Shown piece after piece: positions 1-12,533 of a stretch of 64,000 nt of DNA. The stretch spans positions 57,598,001 to 57,662,000 of the forward strand of contig NC_091473.1 of assembly GCF_036971445.1 (NCBI RefSeq), in the 5' to 3' direction. The translations under genes were made by a program, and so were the position numbers. The notes beneath the pieces are model-generated. The model ran no database searches and had not been told where the DNA came from. It worked only from the letters and a program-made list of their open reading frames with translations. Position 1 is the first letter of the stretch; every line of letters starts with the position of its first letter. This stretch comes from Narcine bancroftii. Lineage: Eukaryota.

Positions 1-949
1 GTGCAATACACAAAAGTGAATCTTCTCCGGCCCTGAATTTGTTTAGGGTGTTAAACACCGTAATGAGCTAGCTGCCTTAGATTTTTATTTTTGAGCTATT
101 TGTTCTCCAGACAGCTTTTGCATTCCATTGATTTTAATGTTAAGAGTGAAGTAATGGAATCGTACACTACTGAAAGAGATAGTTCAGTCCACCAAGTCCA
201 TGCCAATTATCCATCAACATTGTTGGCCACTGTGGAACTGAGGTTCAGCTTTGATCAGGCTTGATTTTAAATGGTGGAGAAGGCTTGAGCGGCCAACTCA
301 GTGTATGTATCTTATCCTTTCCAACAGAAACTGTATGCTATTGAGGCTAATTCCATTTAAAGTGATGTGATGTATTTAGCAAAAGAAATTAACATTTGAA
401 AGACATGAAAATTCCCTCTGCTTCAAAATGGATCATTGTTCAAAGGGACTTCCCACCCAGTTAAGGAAGGTAGGTTGCAATGGAGAGAGTGATGAGTAGA
501 AATTTTAGGAGATGAAAATTAATTTGAAATTATTGATTATTCTTGTGATCCAATCATTGAAACAGTGGGAGAGGTTTATGCATGGTTTTCAAGTGCATGA
601 TCACATGGAAACCAAAGATAGACATTTTAATTGGTGTTGAATAGCAGGGGTGGTATTTGGGGCGCATTCATTGTTAGTGCAAAGTAGGTGGTTTCTGTGC
701 ATTAAGTCCTAAAAGCTCCAAGCAGTCCAGTCTGTCCTATTTCTCCCGATCTCTCTGTATAACTGGCAAGGTTTTATTTCCTTTTAATCACTTCTCCATT
801 TCTCTATTGAAATTATATTGCGTAAATTGACGAAGTGCTTTCCCATGAAGCTGAAAATGCTGTTAATGCTCAGCAGAAATGGAATCAACCTTTTCAGGTC
901 ATTCAAGCTTCAATTTATGATCATAATAATAAAACAGTGTCTTATCCCA

Positions 950-1640
950 TGAAATTTCTTTTCACCTGCTGCAGACTGATTCGCCACCAGCAGGAGTTGC
1001 CTTACAGTCAGAGAGAGAGAGAGAAACAAAAGATATTCCCCCCCCCCCCCAGAGTCACTGAGTGTCCGTAGATTCACCTCCAGCACTTCTGCAGCCCCCA
1101 CAGAGTCCAGACCAAACCATTGGCAACCTAAGTTTCAAATCAAAACCTATGACACAATCAGGAACCCTTTAGCACCCTCAGCACATCCTCGCATCCCGGT
1201 TCCGATACTTACTTCCCTTCCAGCCAGTCTCCAGCAGTCCGCAGCCCAGTGCGTCTCCAGCAGCCCATAGGTTCCTCGCCTCGAGTCGCCAGCAGCCCAC
1301 CGCATGCACTGGTCCCTCAGCTGCGGAGCCCCCCTCACTGGTCCACTGCCTTGGTTACCGTTCCTGCGGGTCATTTCCTCCACTTCTTCTTCAGATGGGG
1401 TTGGGGGTGATCTTCCTGTCCTCTGGTGCCCTGCTCCAGTCCTCTGCTTCCCTGGAGTCTGCAGCCCCTCATGGCTGCTGGTAATTAATAGGCGCCGCTA
1501 TCTTGGGCGCAGACCCGTGGTCACAGATTTCAACTAAAACCACCGTCAGCTCCTTCGGGCCATTCAAAGTCCATGCAAAACCGACAGCTGTTGACTGGCT
1601 GGCTTGCTGGACCTCGCTCCCCACAGTGGCATCGCTGTTT
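950..1640 (-). mobile_element. Non-autonomous interspersed repeat (unclassified SINE-like or LINE-tail-bearing family), copy 1
   Basis: Clear similarity to 62725-63410 (shared 'ccattggcaacc.aag.t.ca.atc.aaacct.tga.ac.atcaggaa'). No coding similarity. Strand is inferred from the sister copy's Rex1-like tail on the - strand. Boundaries approximate. Confidence 0.5.
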
Positions 1641-1799
1641 ATAACCAGAATTATTAGCTCTTTTTCAATTCCAGCACTAAGTCGAGCTGCATCTGATAAA
1701 TTTGAGCTCTTTTTTACTTTGGATTTTTGATATCTGCAGATTTTTTAAAAAATCATCATTCTTGGAATGTGCCTTACCTGGTTGTTAAAGGGTCGGTTG

Positions 1800-2536
1800 T
1801 GTGGTGAAACCACTATTGTATATATTTGCCATATGTAAATATATGTAAATACTCGAGATGGCAGAGGCCGACAGCATCAAATCCACACTGCTGAAGATCC
1901 AACTGCGCTGGGTAGGTCACTCCTCCAGAATGGAGGACCATCGCCTTCCCAAGATCGTGTTATATGGCGAGCTCTCCACTGGCCACCGTGACAGAGGTGC
2001 ACCAAAGAAGAGGTACAAGGACTGCCTAAAGAAATCTCTTGGTGTCTGCCACATTGACCACCGCCAGTGGGCTGATCTCGCCTCAAACCGTGCATCTTGG
2101 CGCCTCACAGTTCGGCGGGCAGCAACCTCCTTTGAAGAAGACCGCAGAGCCCACCTCACTGACAAAAGACAAAGGAGGAAAAATCCAACACCCAACCCCA
2201 ACCCACCAATTTTCCCTTGCAACCGTGTCTGCCTGTCCCACATCGGACTTGTCAGCCACAAACGAGCCTGCAGCTGACGTGGACATTACCCCTCCATAAA
2301 TCTTCGTCCGCGAAGCCAAGCCAAAGAAAGAAAATATATCATGACCTTTCCTGGTGTCCCTGCTTTCACTGGCTGGTTCGTGACTCCTCTCCTTTCTTTC
2401 CCATAAAGCCACAAGCCTGCCCCCAGTTCGAGTCCAGGTCAGTGTGAGCGACCAACACAGGGAGGCCGACCACCTCTTGTAAATAAAAGTCTTGAGCCTC
2501 GGCAACTTCAGTCTTTATGTAAATGATCATGCTTCA
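1800..2536 (+). mobile_element. Solo LTR of a Gypsy family related to the 23177-27631 element, interrupted by an RTE insertion
   Basis: Starts TGTGGTGA (1800) and ends ...gcttCA (2536). Shares, in order, actggctgg, tgactcctc, ccataaag, aataaa and cagtcttt with the LTR at 27405-27631 read on the - strand. Flanks ggttg/agctg may be a decayed 5-bp TSD. Confidence 0.55.
1850..2334 (+). mobile_element. RTE (BovB-like) LINE, 5'-truncated 3' fragment, copy 1
   Basis: ORF 1858-2277 (QLRWVGH..RMEDHRLPKIVLYGEL...RGAPKKRYKD) is the RTE C-terminus. 3' end cgaagccaagccaaagaaagaaaa. Possible TSD aaatatat (1837-1844 and 2332-2339). Confidence 0.95.
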
Positions 2537-2739
2537 AGCTGCCAAGCACATTAAATCCTTTTGAATAGCTCTGATCATTCAACCACATAAAATCCAGTGG
2601 AAAATTCTCTATTACTTTATATAAATATCAGAGAGTAGCCGAAACGTGGCTGCATTTAGGCCAAAGCTAAGAACTGCCAAAAGCTTGGGACTTGACAGAG
2701 ATTACAAACATGGCACATGTTGATAACTGCTGGAAATTT

Positions 2740-2945
2740 GGGCAGCTCAGTTAGCATTGCAGTTAACGTAATGATATTACAGTGCCAGCAACTTGGGTTC
2801 GAATCTGCCACTGACTGTATGGAATTTGTACATTCTCCCCGTGTTTTGTATGGGTTTCCTCCCACCCTTCAAAAATGTACAGGAATTGTAGTTTTATTGG
2901 CGGAATGGTGCTCATGGGCTGGAAGGGCCTGTTACCCTGCCATTT
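2740..2945 (+). mobile_element. tRNA-derived V-domain SINE (HE1-like) with CR1-type tail
   Basis: B-box GGTTCGAATC at 2796-2805; V-core-like 'gaatttgtacattctccccgtg...tgggtttcctccca'; tail 'atgggctggaagggcctgttacc'. Confidence 0.75.
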
Positions 2946-4294
2946 GTCTACTGAGGGGAGAAGTGGGGTGGGTGCTGGCGAGCTTTTCCCACAGATATTT
3001 TTGATTTTGTTTTCGTGGGAAAACATTTTTGAGAAATTTCAGGGTTTTATTTGTCAAATTTAATTTTTTTTTATTGCAGTTATAATATTTTTCTTCTCTG
3101 GAGACCACCCATGAATACTCGATGACTCCATGGATATTCAGTGACCCTGAAGGAATTTTCTTTTACTCCATCTGTGACTGCAAGGGGCACCAGGCAATTT
3201 CTGATGATGGTGAATCTTTACAACACACAAAATGCAATTTTGTGTAATATTACGTTTTTTTTAAATTGCATGACAGTAAAAAGAATTTTGAATCTTAAAT
3301 TAAAAAATTGATTGGTATGGATTTCCAAATAATTTCTGCCTTTTTGGAAAGTTTGCAGTTGCATTAGATTTACAGATACCTTTCAGGTTTTGTCTGACTT
3401 TTGTTTCTTATTCTTACACAATTCACATTCCAAAAGTATCAAAGTATTTTTTTTTCTCTTGGCACCCCCAACATTTGACAAATCTCCTGCATCCACTGAA
3501 GAGACCTTTCTGACATGCAAACAGCATGACATTGCTGCCAAAAGGTTGTTTTTAATTTTGTGCTTGACAGTGGAGATAAACCAGGCATACTTCTACATTT
3601 GGGAGGTTCAGCAGATGTGACCAACACCAGCAGTTCCTTGTAAAAGAGAGTTGTGCACTCGCTGCATGAAGTTATCCTGTGTCTTTCAGATGCAAGACAG
3701 ATTAATTTGTCTCATGAAACATCCAAGCTCACATTTTTAAAAGCCAAGTGTGTGACGGGGCACGTCTTGTGCATCATTTTGTGTCTACCCCAATTATGAG
3801 TTGCAGCTAACCATCAATTTCAAACTTTTCTGCAGTCAACTCTTACACCCTCCCTTTACCTTCCTTTCACCCTGGAACCTAAGCCATATCCAAAGTTCAG
3901 TGTGTAGTGTGGGATGCATGTCTTTAATCAAAACTATTTGCCTTTACTATCCTTGCTACATCTGCACTTTTTTGCCTGTTATTTTCCAAGCATCACCTGT
4001 ATTGAAATGTTTCCCATCATTTGCAGTCATGCTTCTAATAGCCTTGGCATTTGTACCATAGTTACGCAACAGATGAATAGGAAGTGACCTCCAGGAATAG
4101 ATGCAAAAAATAGAAGATCAAAAATCATAGTCATTTTCAAGCCCTCTCACAGTTATTGGTACTTGTACAAGCGTGTTTCTTCTTCACTCCGGCAATGGTG
4201 AACACGGGAGGATGCTTTTCCTGGAGGGCTGTTTGTTAAAGTTTTGGAACAAGTTTAATGAATGCATTCTGACAATTTCCTGGACCACAGTGTA

Positions 4295-6620
4295 ATAAAA
4301 CCATAAAACATTAGAACAGAAACAAGTTATTCAACCCATCAAGTTTGCCCCACCATTTAATCATGAGCTAATTAATTTTCTCACAGCCCCACTGCCCGGA
4401 TGTCCTGGAAACCTATTAATCTCTCCCTTAAATATCTGAAGTTGTGCCCTCTTGTCCTAGACTTTTCTACCATGGGGAGAAAACCTTTCTATATTTACTC
4501 TGTCCATGCTTTTCAACTTTTGAAAAGTGTCAATGAGATCTTCCACCCCCCCCCCCCAATTCTCCTCTGTTGATAACCCTTTTGTTTACAAAATCATCCT
4601 TGTAAACCTCCTCTGAACCCTCTCCAATGTCAGCACATCCTTTCCTAAATGAAGAGCCCAAAACGGCTCACAATACTCCAAGTGAGGTCTCATCATTGCC
4701 TTGCAAAGCCTCAACATCACATTTGTGCTCCTGTATTCTATTCCTCTTGAAATGAATGTTAGCATTGCATTTGCCTCCTTCACATTTACATTCAGGCTAT
4801 CCCGCATGAGAACTTCCAGGTCCCTTTGCATCTGGGTATTTTCAATGCTCTCTCCAGTAAGAAAAGAACAGTCTGCCTATTTAATTTTTTCTATCAAAAG
4901 TGCATGACCGTACACTTTCTGACATTGTATTTCATTTGTCACTTTTCTGCCCATTCTCCTAGTCCTTCTGCAGCGTCCTTGTTTCCTCAACACTGCCTTT
5001 GATTCATCCACAAACCTGGCCACAAAGCCATAATATAAATAGTTAACATGCAACATTAAAAGAAGTGGCCTCAACACTGACCCCTGTGGAGCACGACTAG
5101 CAACTGCCATCCAACCAGAATATGATTCCTGTATTCTGACTCTCTGCTTCCTGCCAATCAGTTAATGCTCTACCCCCTGCTAGTATGTTTCCTTTTATAC
5201 CATGGACACTTATGATGTTAAGATGTTAAGTAGTCTCATGTGCAGCACCTTATCAAAGGCCTTCTGAAAATCCAAATACACAATATCCACTCCATCTCCT
5301 TCATCAAGCCTGCTTCTCACTTCTTCAACAAATTCCAATAGATTTGTCAAGCAAGATTTTCCCTTAAGGAAACCCTGGTGGCCTCTAAGTTCTCTGTAAC
5401 CTCATTCTTGACAATCAACTCCAACATCTTCCCAACCACTGATGTCAGGTTAACTTGTCTGTACTGACCTTGCTGTTGATTTCCACCTTCTTGAATAGTG
5501 CGGTGACGTTTGTGATTTTCCATTCCTTTGGGACCATACCAATATTTATTGATTCCTGAAAAGTCATTACCACTAGCTCCACAATCTCTACCATGACTTC
5601 TTTCAGAAACTGAGGGTGCAATGCATCTGGTCCAGGAGCACCTTCTCCCTTGAAATAATAACTGCATTCTCTTCCCTTCCCTGATACCCTTTGACATCTG
5701 CCACACTGCTAATGTGAAGACTGATGCAAAGTACTCAAAGTACTCATTTAGTTCTCTGCCATCTCCTTGTTGCCCATTATTATTTCTCCAGCATCATTTT
5801 CTAATAGTCCTATATCTATTCTCACCTCTCTTTTAATCTTTATATAACTTGAAGAAGCTTTTTCTATCTTTTTTAATATTATTTATTAGCCTACTTACAT
5901 ACTTCATCTTTTTTCTTGTTTTTTTTTTCAGTTCTGCAAGTTTTTTAAAAAAAAACTTTCCAATCCTCTGTCTTCCCACTAATTTTTGTTTCTTTGTTTG
6001 CCCTCTATTTTACTTTATGTTGGCTTTGACTTCCCTTGTCAGCCACAGTAGTGACATTTTTCCATTTGAATATTTCCTCTTTTTTTGGTACGTATTTATT
6101 CTGCACCTTCCTCATTTCTTGCATCAACTCCATCCTTTGCTGCTCTGTCTTCATCTGCACTACAGCTTCCTTCCAATCTTCTCAGGTCAGTTCCTCTCTC
6201 ATGCCACTGTCATTCCCTTTATCCACTGGAATACAAATACCTCTGACTTTAGTTCCTTCTTGTTAAATCTCCAATTGAACTCTTCCATATTGTGATCACT
6301 CTCCCCTCATGGTTCCTTTACTCTAAACTCTCTAATCTCCTCTGGTACATTGCACACCTAATCCTGTACTTCCAATCCCTTGGTGGGCTTAACAACCATT
6401 TTATCTAAAAATCCACCTTATAGGCTTTCTACCAATTTTCCCTCTTGCAATCCCCTCCGAATCTGTATTTTTTCCAATTTACATGCATGTTAAAATCCCT
6501 ATGATGCTTTCTAATAACGTAATGTTGTTCATTACAAAAGAGCCAAACCACCCACTCTGCTTACCTGCCTATCCTTTCGATACACTGAGTATCCTTGGAC
6601 ATTAAGGTCCCAGTACTCTG
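4295..6620 (-). mobile_element. CR1 LINE, decayed, ~2.3 kb
   Basis: - strand ORFs carry CR1 ORF2 motifs: YRQVNLTSVVGKMLE (5347-5706), PQGSVLRPLL...RFVDES (4877-5110), RPHLEYC..FW..HLGKDVLTLERVQRRFTRMI (4586-4831). Many frameshifts. Confidence 0.9.
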
Positions 6621-6823
6621 TGTTGTGAAAAGACTACTTTAGGCCACATGTAATTAATCACAGTCAATTAGTAATTTCCCATTAAGGTATCTGTATCTGG
6701 ATGAAGGTTGCAAATAAGTGAACAGGGAGATGGGTCACAATATCAGGTATTCACATTGGGAAGAATCAAATGATTTGTGATAAACGTGTAAATCTGGTAG
6801 AATCATGATGTGCTGGTTTTGTT

Positions 6824-7210
6824 AAAAAAAAACTATTACAAATTTAATCCCATATCGGGCTCCAAACTTTAACAAAAAAGGATAATTATCACGTAAATTG
6901 TTCATTATTTTTTCCAGTGGAATACAAGACCTCATTTCCTAATGCCACCGTTGAATACTCAAATCAGTCTAATTTTTCCAAGTAATTGCCAAACATTTTT
7001 TAGCCACAGCTAATGCCAATCTCAAAAAGGCAATATGGGACTTTTCTAATTTTAATACCAAACTCAATTTCTTAATATAACCCAATGAAAAAACCATAGG
7101 ATCAAGCAAAATTTTAAATTTAAATAAAACTTCTAAAATTTCCTTAATTCTATTCCAAAAAGTTTTCACTATTTCACATAACCAAGTAGAGTGCAAGAAA
7201 GGGCAGTGAG
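6824..7210 (-). mobile_element. L1-clade LINE ORF2 C-terminal fragment (inverted duplicate of 8183-8539)
   Basis: ORF 6969-7196 FLHSTWLCEIVKTFW...AKKCLAITWK matches the HxxWxC/C-terminal region of fish L1 ORF2. It is the reverse complement of 8183-8539. Confidence 0.85.
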
Positions 7211-7297
7211 GAGAAACATTGAAAAGTAAAAAAAAAATTACAGGAATTTTGGGGGAAAATGTGAAAACAGAAACTGGTGAAGATTTTGGTTGAGCAA

Positions 7298-7990
7298 ACC
7301 TTCAAGTTTATTATCATCTGACTGTACACATGTAACCAGATGAAGTAGCATTTCTCCAGACCACGATGCACACATACTGTACATAATATATTTCTCACGC
7401 AGCACAGAATAATCACATACATTAAAATATAATATGTACAAATACTCCAGAATAATTTACCGCACATTACTTTGCAAGAGACTCAAGGTTATAGGACTCC
7501 GCTCATCAGTCTCCTAATCTGTGGGAAGAAACTATTTCCCAGCCTGGCAGTCCTGATTTTGATACTCCTGTACCTCCTTCATGATGGTAGTGGATTAAAG
7601 ACATTGTCTGAAGGATGGCAGGGACCTTCAGTTCTTTAAACCCTATTTAAGTAATGTTCCCAGTGAACATCATCAGTAGAGGAAAAGGAGATCCCTGTGA
7701 TCTTCTTTGCTGTTATAAATGATCCTCTGCATTGGCTTCCAGTCTGATGCTTAGCAACAACAGAATGATGCAGCCAGAAAAGTCACTCTCAATTATGCTC
7801 CTGTAAAAGGTTGTCAAGATGGGGGCCACTAGCCTTGCCCTCCTCAACCTCCTCTGGAAATTTATGCGCTATTGCTCCTTCCTGACTTATGAAGTACTGT
7901 TTTGGTCCAGGATAGGTCATCGATATAGGACCACCATGGAACTTTTCAACTCTGTCCACGACAGAGCCATCGACTTGCAATGAAGAATGG
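7298..7990 (-). mobile_element. Rex1/Babar LINE 3' remnant
   Basis: ORF 7789-7980 (VDGSVVDRVEKF...) and a 3' tail with aataaa on the - strand near 7300. Homologous to the other Rex1 copies. Confidence 0.7.
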
Positions 7991-8182
7991 ATGTCAAGAG
8001 TCTTGACGACTAGTTTCTCTTTCTATGGATGTTGCTTGATCCTCCAGGGTTTTTCCCCCAAATTTTCTAATCTTATTATAGCAAGATTTGGAATTTTCCA
8101 ATTTCATGTCAATGAAAACCAATACACAGGCTCCTTCATAATTGCTGGTTGTCCCCTTCCTGTCACCCTCCATTGAAAAGAG

Positions 8183-8725
8183 CTCACTGCCCTTTCTTGC
8201 ACTCTACTTGGTTATGTGAAATAGTGAAAACTTTTTGGAATAGAATTAAGGAAAGTTTAGAAGTTTTATTTAAATTTAAAATTTTGCTTGATCCTATGGT
8301 TTTTTCATTGGATTATATTGAGTTTGGCATTAAAATTAGAGAAGTCTCAAATTGCCTTTTTGAGATTGGCATTAGCTGTGGCTAAAAATTAGACTGATTT
8401 GAGTATTCGATGGTGGCATTCGGAAATGAGGTCTTGTATTCCATTGGAAAAAAATAATGTACAATTTACGTGATAATTATCCTTTTTTGTTAAAGTTTGG
8501 AGCCCGTATATGGGATTGAATTTGTAATAGTTTTTTTTTCCCACGGTTGTTGGGGGTTGCACTAAACCATGGCAATAGTTGAAGGTTGATCTCTTCTATT
8601 CTCTTTTTCTTTCTTTTGGAGTAGTTTAGAGGGGGGTGTGGGGGTTATATGGGATAAAATATTATGTATTTGCTTGTGGTTTTATTGTATGACTTGATTT
8701 AATAAATAAAATTTACAAAGAAAGT
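8183..8725 (+). mobile_element. L1-clade LINE 3' end (ORF2 C-terminus, 3' UTR, polyA signal)
   Basis: ORF 8149-8385 FLHSTWLCEIVKTFW; G-rich 3' UTR; aataaataaa at 8701 followed by an A-rich tail. Confidence 0.85.
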
Positions 8726-8904
8726 GTTGCCGCTCACTAGTAAATTAATGTTGCCTCTGCTGTGGTCTGACAAATCTCTTTCCAATGCTGCTTTTTCAAT
8801 CTACTTTTACTGCTGTATTTCAGAGCAGACTTGATGGACCAAATGACCTACTTCTTCTCCTATATCTTATAGTCCTTTATCTTGTGCTATATCAGTTGAT
8901 GAGC

Positions 8905-10105
8905 TTGCAAAATGAACTTTCTCATGATATGTAAAAATAAATAAGTAATTGTTTCGTGAATATGAGAGGCTTGGATGGTTAGTGTGAGTAATTCCTTTGG
9001 TTATTCAGCATTCCCACTGCCCGTAGGGAAAAAAACTGTTCCTCAGCTGGTGGTGTTGGCTTTGATATGCCCGTATCTCTTTCCAGAAAGCAGGCAGGTA
9101 CTGTGTGCAGGGTGGAAGGGGTCCTCAATGATTTTGTACGCCCTCTAAAAACAACAATCCTGGTAGCTCACATCAATGGGGGAGGGAGACTCCAGTGATC
9201 CTTCTGCCACCCTTATGGTGTGCCGTCTTCAGATGACAATCCTGATAGATCAAGTCGATGAGGGGAGGGGAGGAAAGGGAAGAGAGAGAGAGAGAGAGAG
9301 AGAGAGGATCTTCAGTGATCCTATCTGCCATTTTTATGGCCTTTTGGATTGACCTCTGATCCATTTCTCTGCAGCCACAGATCCACACTGTGATGCAGCC
9401 GGCCAGGGCTCTCTCAATAGAGCTCCTGTGGAAGGTTAATGTGAATGTGGCCTGTAGCCTTTCCCACTTCAACTCCTCAGGATGTGCAGTTGCTATTGCG
9501 CCTTCCTGATAAGGGAGGAGATGTATGTTCACGATGGGTCACTAGGTAAGTGGGCACTAAGGAACCTGGTGCTCTCTACTCTCTCCTCTACAGAGTTATT
9601 GATGTGCATTGGAGCATGGTCATTCATGGTCCTCCTAAAGTCCATGATCATCTCCTTTGTCATAACAACGTTAGGACTCGGATTGTTACTCTCGCACCAT
9701 ATCACAAGATTTTCCACCTCTTCTCTGTCATACGATTTGTTGTTGCTGATGAGGCCAACTGTATTATTTGATGACACTATTGGAGCTGGGTCTGGCAATG
9801 CAATCGTGGGACAGAAGCATGAAGAGGTGTGGGCTGAGCATAAAGCCCTGTGGTGCACCAGTGCTCAGCGTGACATTGCTTAATATTCTGTAACTAACCC
9901 CAAATAGGCTGTGGTCTTTCCATTACCAGTTTCTGAGGTGGGTGCTGAGTCCTAATGAGGATAGCTTCTCCACCAGCCATGAGGGAATAATCATATTAAA
10001 CACCGAGCTGGAGCTGAAGACGATGAACAGCAGCCTGGCATATGAGGCATTGTTCTCTGGGTGGGTCAGGACAGAGTAAAGTGACAAGGCTATAGCATCT
10101 GGATC
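8905..10105 (-). mobile_element. Rex1/Babar LINE, 5'-truncated, decayed
   Basis: ORF 9529-9858 (TVGLISNN..YDREEVENLVIWCESNN..NV..TKEMIMDFRR...VERVESTRFL) and ORF 9173-9532 (IERALAGCITVW). Contains a (GA)n expansion at 9280-9306. Confidence 0.85.
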
Positions 10106-11117
10106 ATTGTAGTCCCTGAAATATTGTTGGTGCCTGTTGGAAAGAACCTCTCTCCTTCTTTTAGAGCCATTCTTAGATGTATTAATTGATCTATTCGCTT
10201 GTATCAGTCTGAAAGCATCACGAGTGATGATCCAAAATGTATTAGCTCAATTCCAGTCACCTGCTATCACTGCATTAGAGCTCTGCTCTTCTATCCATCC
10301 CAGACACCTGGCTCAACCATTGTGTTGCTCCATCCTGTTGACTTTTGTTTTATTGTTGTACTTACAGATAGCATATACGTAATTATACCAGTTGGGCAGA
10401 GCCAGTGTCTCTGGGGTTACCTTCTCAACCTGTCGTATCTCCAGTTAAATACATTTAGCATCACAGCCCTTGTTTAAAACAAAAAAAAAGTTCAATTCCT
10501 TTGAGAATTGTGTGACGTTATTGCTGGTAGCCAGATGTTAATTATGGAGAAGTTAAAAAGAATAGAGGAAATCCTTAATAGGTTTAAGACGGAGACTGCA
10601 GAATATTACATTTGTGCCAAATGAGTATTCTGGAAAAGTATGTGTTGTAAATAGAAACTGAGACGAGAACTCATCTTCCAGTTAAATATGAAGCAGGAAT
10701 TTTTACCAGATCTTTCCTTTGCTGGGGAAGCTTTTAGACCTCTTCATTTCAGCCCAAAATATTATCTACCCTTTGCCTGTCTCTTGCTTGTCTCTTGTTA
10801 TCTGGCATGTTCAGTCTCTCTTGTCCATCTTTAGAAGATGGCATTGTTCATGTGGGGATTTGCATTGCTTTGATTTCCTCAATGTGTCTGTCTCTGAAGC
10901 AGATTTGAGTGCCCTTTCACCCATTACCCTTTACGTATTCAACTCAATTTTTCAACAGTTGGGCATGGAATGGGAATGTTATTTTTGGTCTGACCCAAGT
11001 GTTTTCTAAATTAAACTTTCTGTCCTGAACTTTATTATTCACTCCTTTAAGTCCTAGTGAAAAAATTTTAAGGGTACAAAATGTTCCCTCTCTCAGTCTT
11101 TTGATGCCTGAGATGAG

Positions 11118-11120
<3 letters not shown>

Positions 11121-11148
<28 letters not shown>
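11121..11148. repeat. (GA)n microsatellite
   Basis: Direct observation. Confidence 0.95.
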
Positions 11149-11152
<4 letters not shown>

Positions 11153-11819
11153 TGTCTGAAATTAATTTAACTTGAGAATTACTCTAGATCTGTGATGACA
11201 ATGTTGGAAATTACTTGGGAATTTTCAATGCATGCATGGATGATTTCAGAATTGGTAATACCAATTAGAGGGAGAAATTAAACTGGTGCATTTTGGTTGC
11301 TAGAGATTCCATCTGTGACTGGCCTAGGAGCTCCACATGGATGCTCGAATATTCCTGATTTAGTGGGGCTCGCTAGCATAGTCAAACAGTTGTTCCTTGG
11401 GATTTCTTGCCCACCACTTTCTTCATGTATTGTTTTGTGCCGTTTGTTCAAATGGGTAAGTAGGTGCATTTGCTTTAACATTACTTTTTTTTTGTTGTTT
11501 CCTAAGATAGCATTGGATGCTATAATTGGAAGCATTGACTTCTTCATTCTTCTTCTTAGGCATGTTGAAGCAGTTTCCTGCTTTCTTCCCAACTCTCCAT
11601 TTCAGTCTTCTTGTTTGAACTGCCTTAAAAGAGCATTCATTGATTAATGGAACCATTTATGGATTGTTAAATTCTCCCTAAAGAACCATTTTAAAAAGTC
11701 TCTCATGTGCTTTTTGTGTTGTTGTTGTTGACTTCTGTTGATTAACTCTTCATTTGTTCTGTGAAGAAAGAGATGACACCAGACATGGAATGCTCATCCT
11801 TGTCACATTGTAAACAATA

Positions 11820-12290
11820 GGCTATGACGAGCATGAATGATGGAGAACAAGAAAGTGATGGAACTCAATTGGTCAGGCAGCATCCATGTCAAAGTTTTGG
11901 GTTGGGATCCTCTAGAACTAAAGAAGGAAGGGGAGGTAACAAGCATAAGAAGGAGGATGGGGAGGAAACCACTCTGGTGGGAGGGGAGGGTTGAGGAAAA
12001 GTTAGAACAGAAGCATGTATAGGACAGGTGGAAACAGTGGATTGGGGTGGGGATTACATAAATTCAGAAAACCCAATATTTATGCTGTTAGGTTCCAGGC
12101 ATCCAGGGAGGAAATTGTGTTTTTCCACGTTCACTTTTGGCCTCACTCTGACAATGGAAGAGGCCAAGCATGTCTGCATGGGAACAGTGAAGGAAATTAA
12201 AATAGCTGGTAACAGGGGTTTCCAGCAAGGGACAAAGAGTTGAGGCTCAATGACGCAGTCAGCTGCTCTGCATAAATGTCTGTTATCAGA
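11820..12290 (-). mobile_element. Penelope-like element 3' remnant (GIY-YIG C-terminus plus terminal region), heavily decayed
   Basis: ORF 12054-12338 ends ...EKHNFLPGCLEPNSINIGFSEF, homologous to ...EEQKLIFHLSTLQPDGINVNFS at 31943-32206. A purine-rich tract and 'gaactcaattggtcaggcagcatc' terminus follow on the element strand. Confidence 0.65.
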
Positions 12291-12533
12291 TGAATCTACA
12301 TATGAAAGAACAGGTGCTTCAAATCTGATGTGTCTCAATTGCTTTACATTGTCGGGTCTGAAGACTCTTGGGTTTCATTTTTAAATGGCTGGAAAGGGAA
12401 GTCAGTTTGCCAAAAATTCACTTGTTACCAGAAGTATTTGAAGGCTGTTATTGCCTTCAAATGAGATTTTCATATCAAAGTATTGGGCAGATGAGAAGAT
12501 GAATGAGCTGCCAGAGTTTGTTGCCTTTTGTCT

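Noticed and set aside
2740-2810. tRNA gene (B-box GGTTCGAATC)
   Set aside because: No cloverleaf; it continues into a V-core and CR1-type tail, so it is a SINE head.
5849-6295. 148-aa hydrophobic, membrane-protein-like ORF
   Set aside because: It is the antisense of the A-rich CR1 ORF2 linker; the Phe/Leu richness comes from T runs.
11270-11660. Overlapping 104-116 aa ORFs
   Set aside because: No recognisable protein; probably an ancient repeat remnant that I cannot classify.
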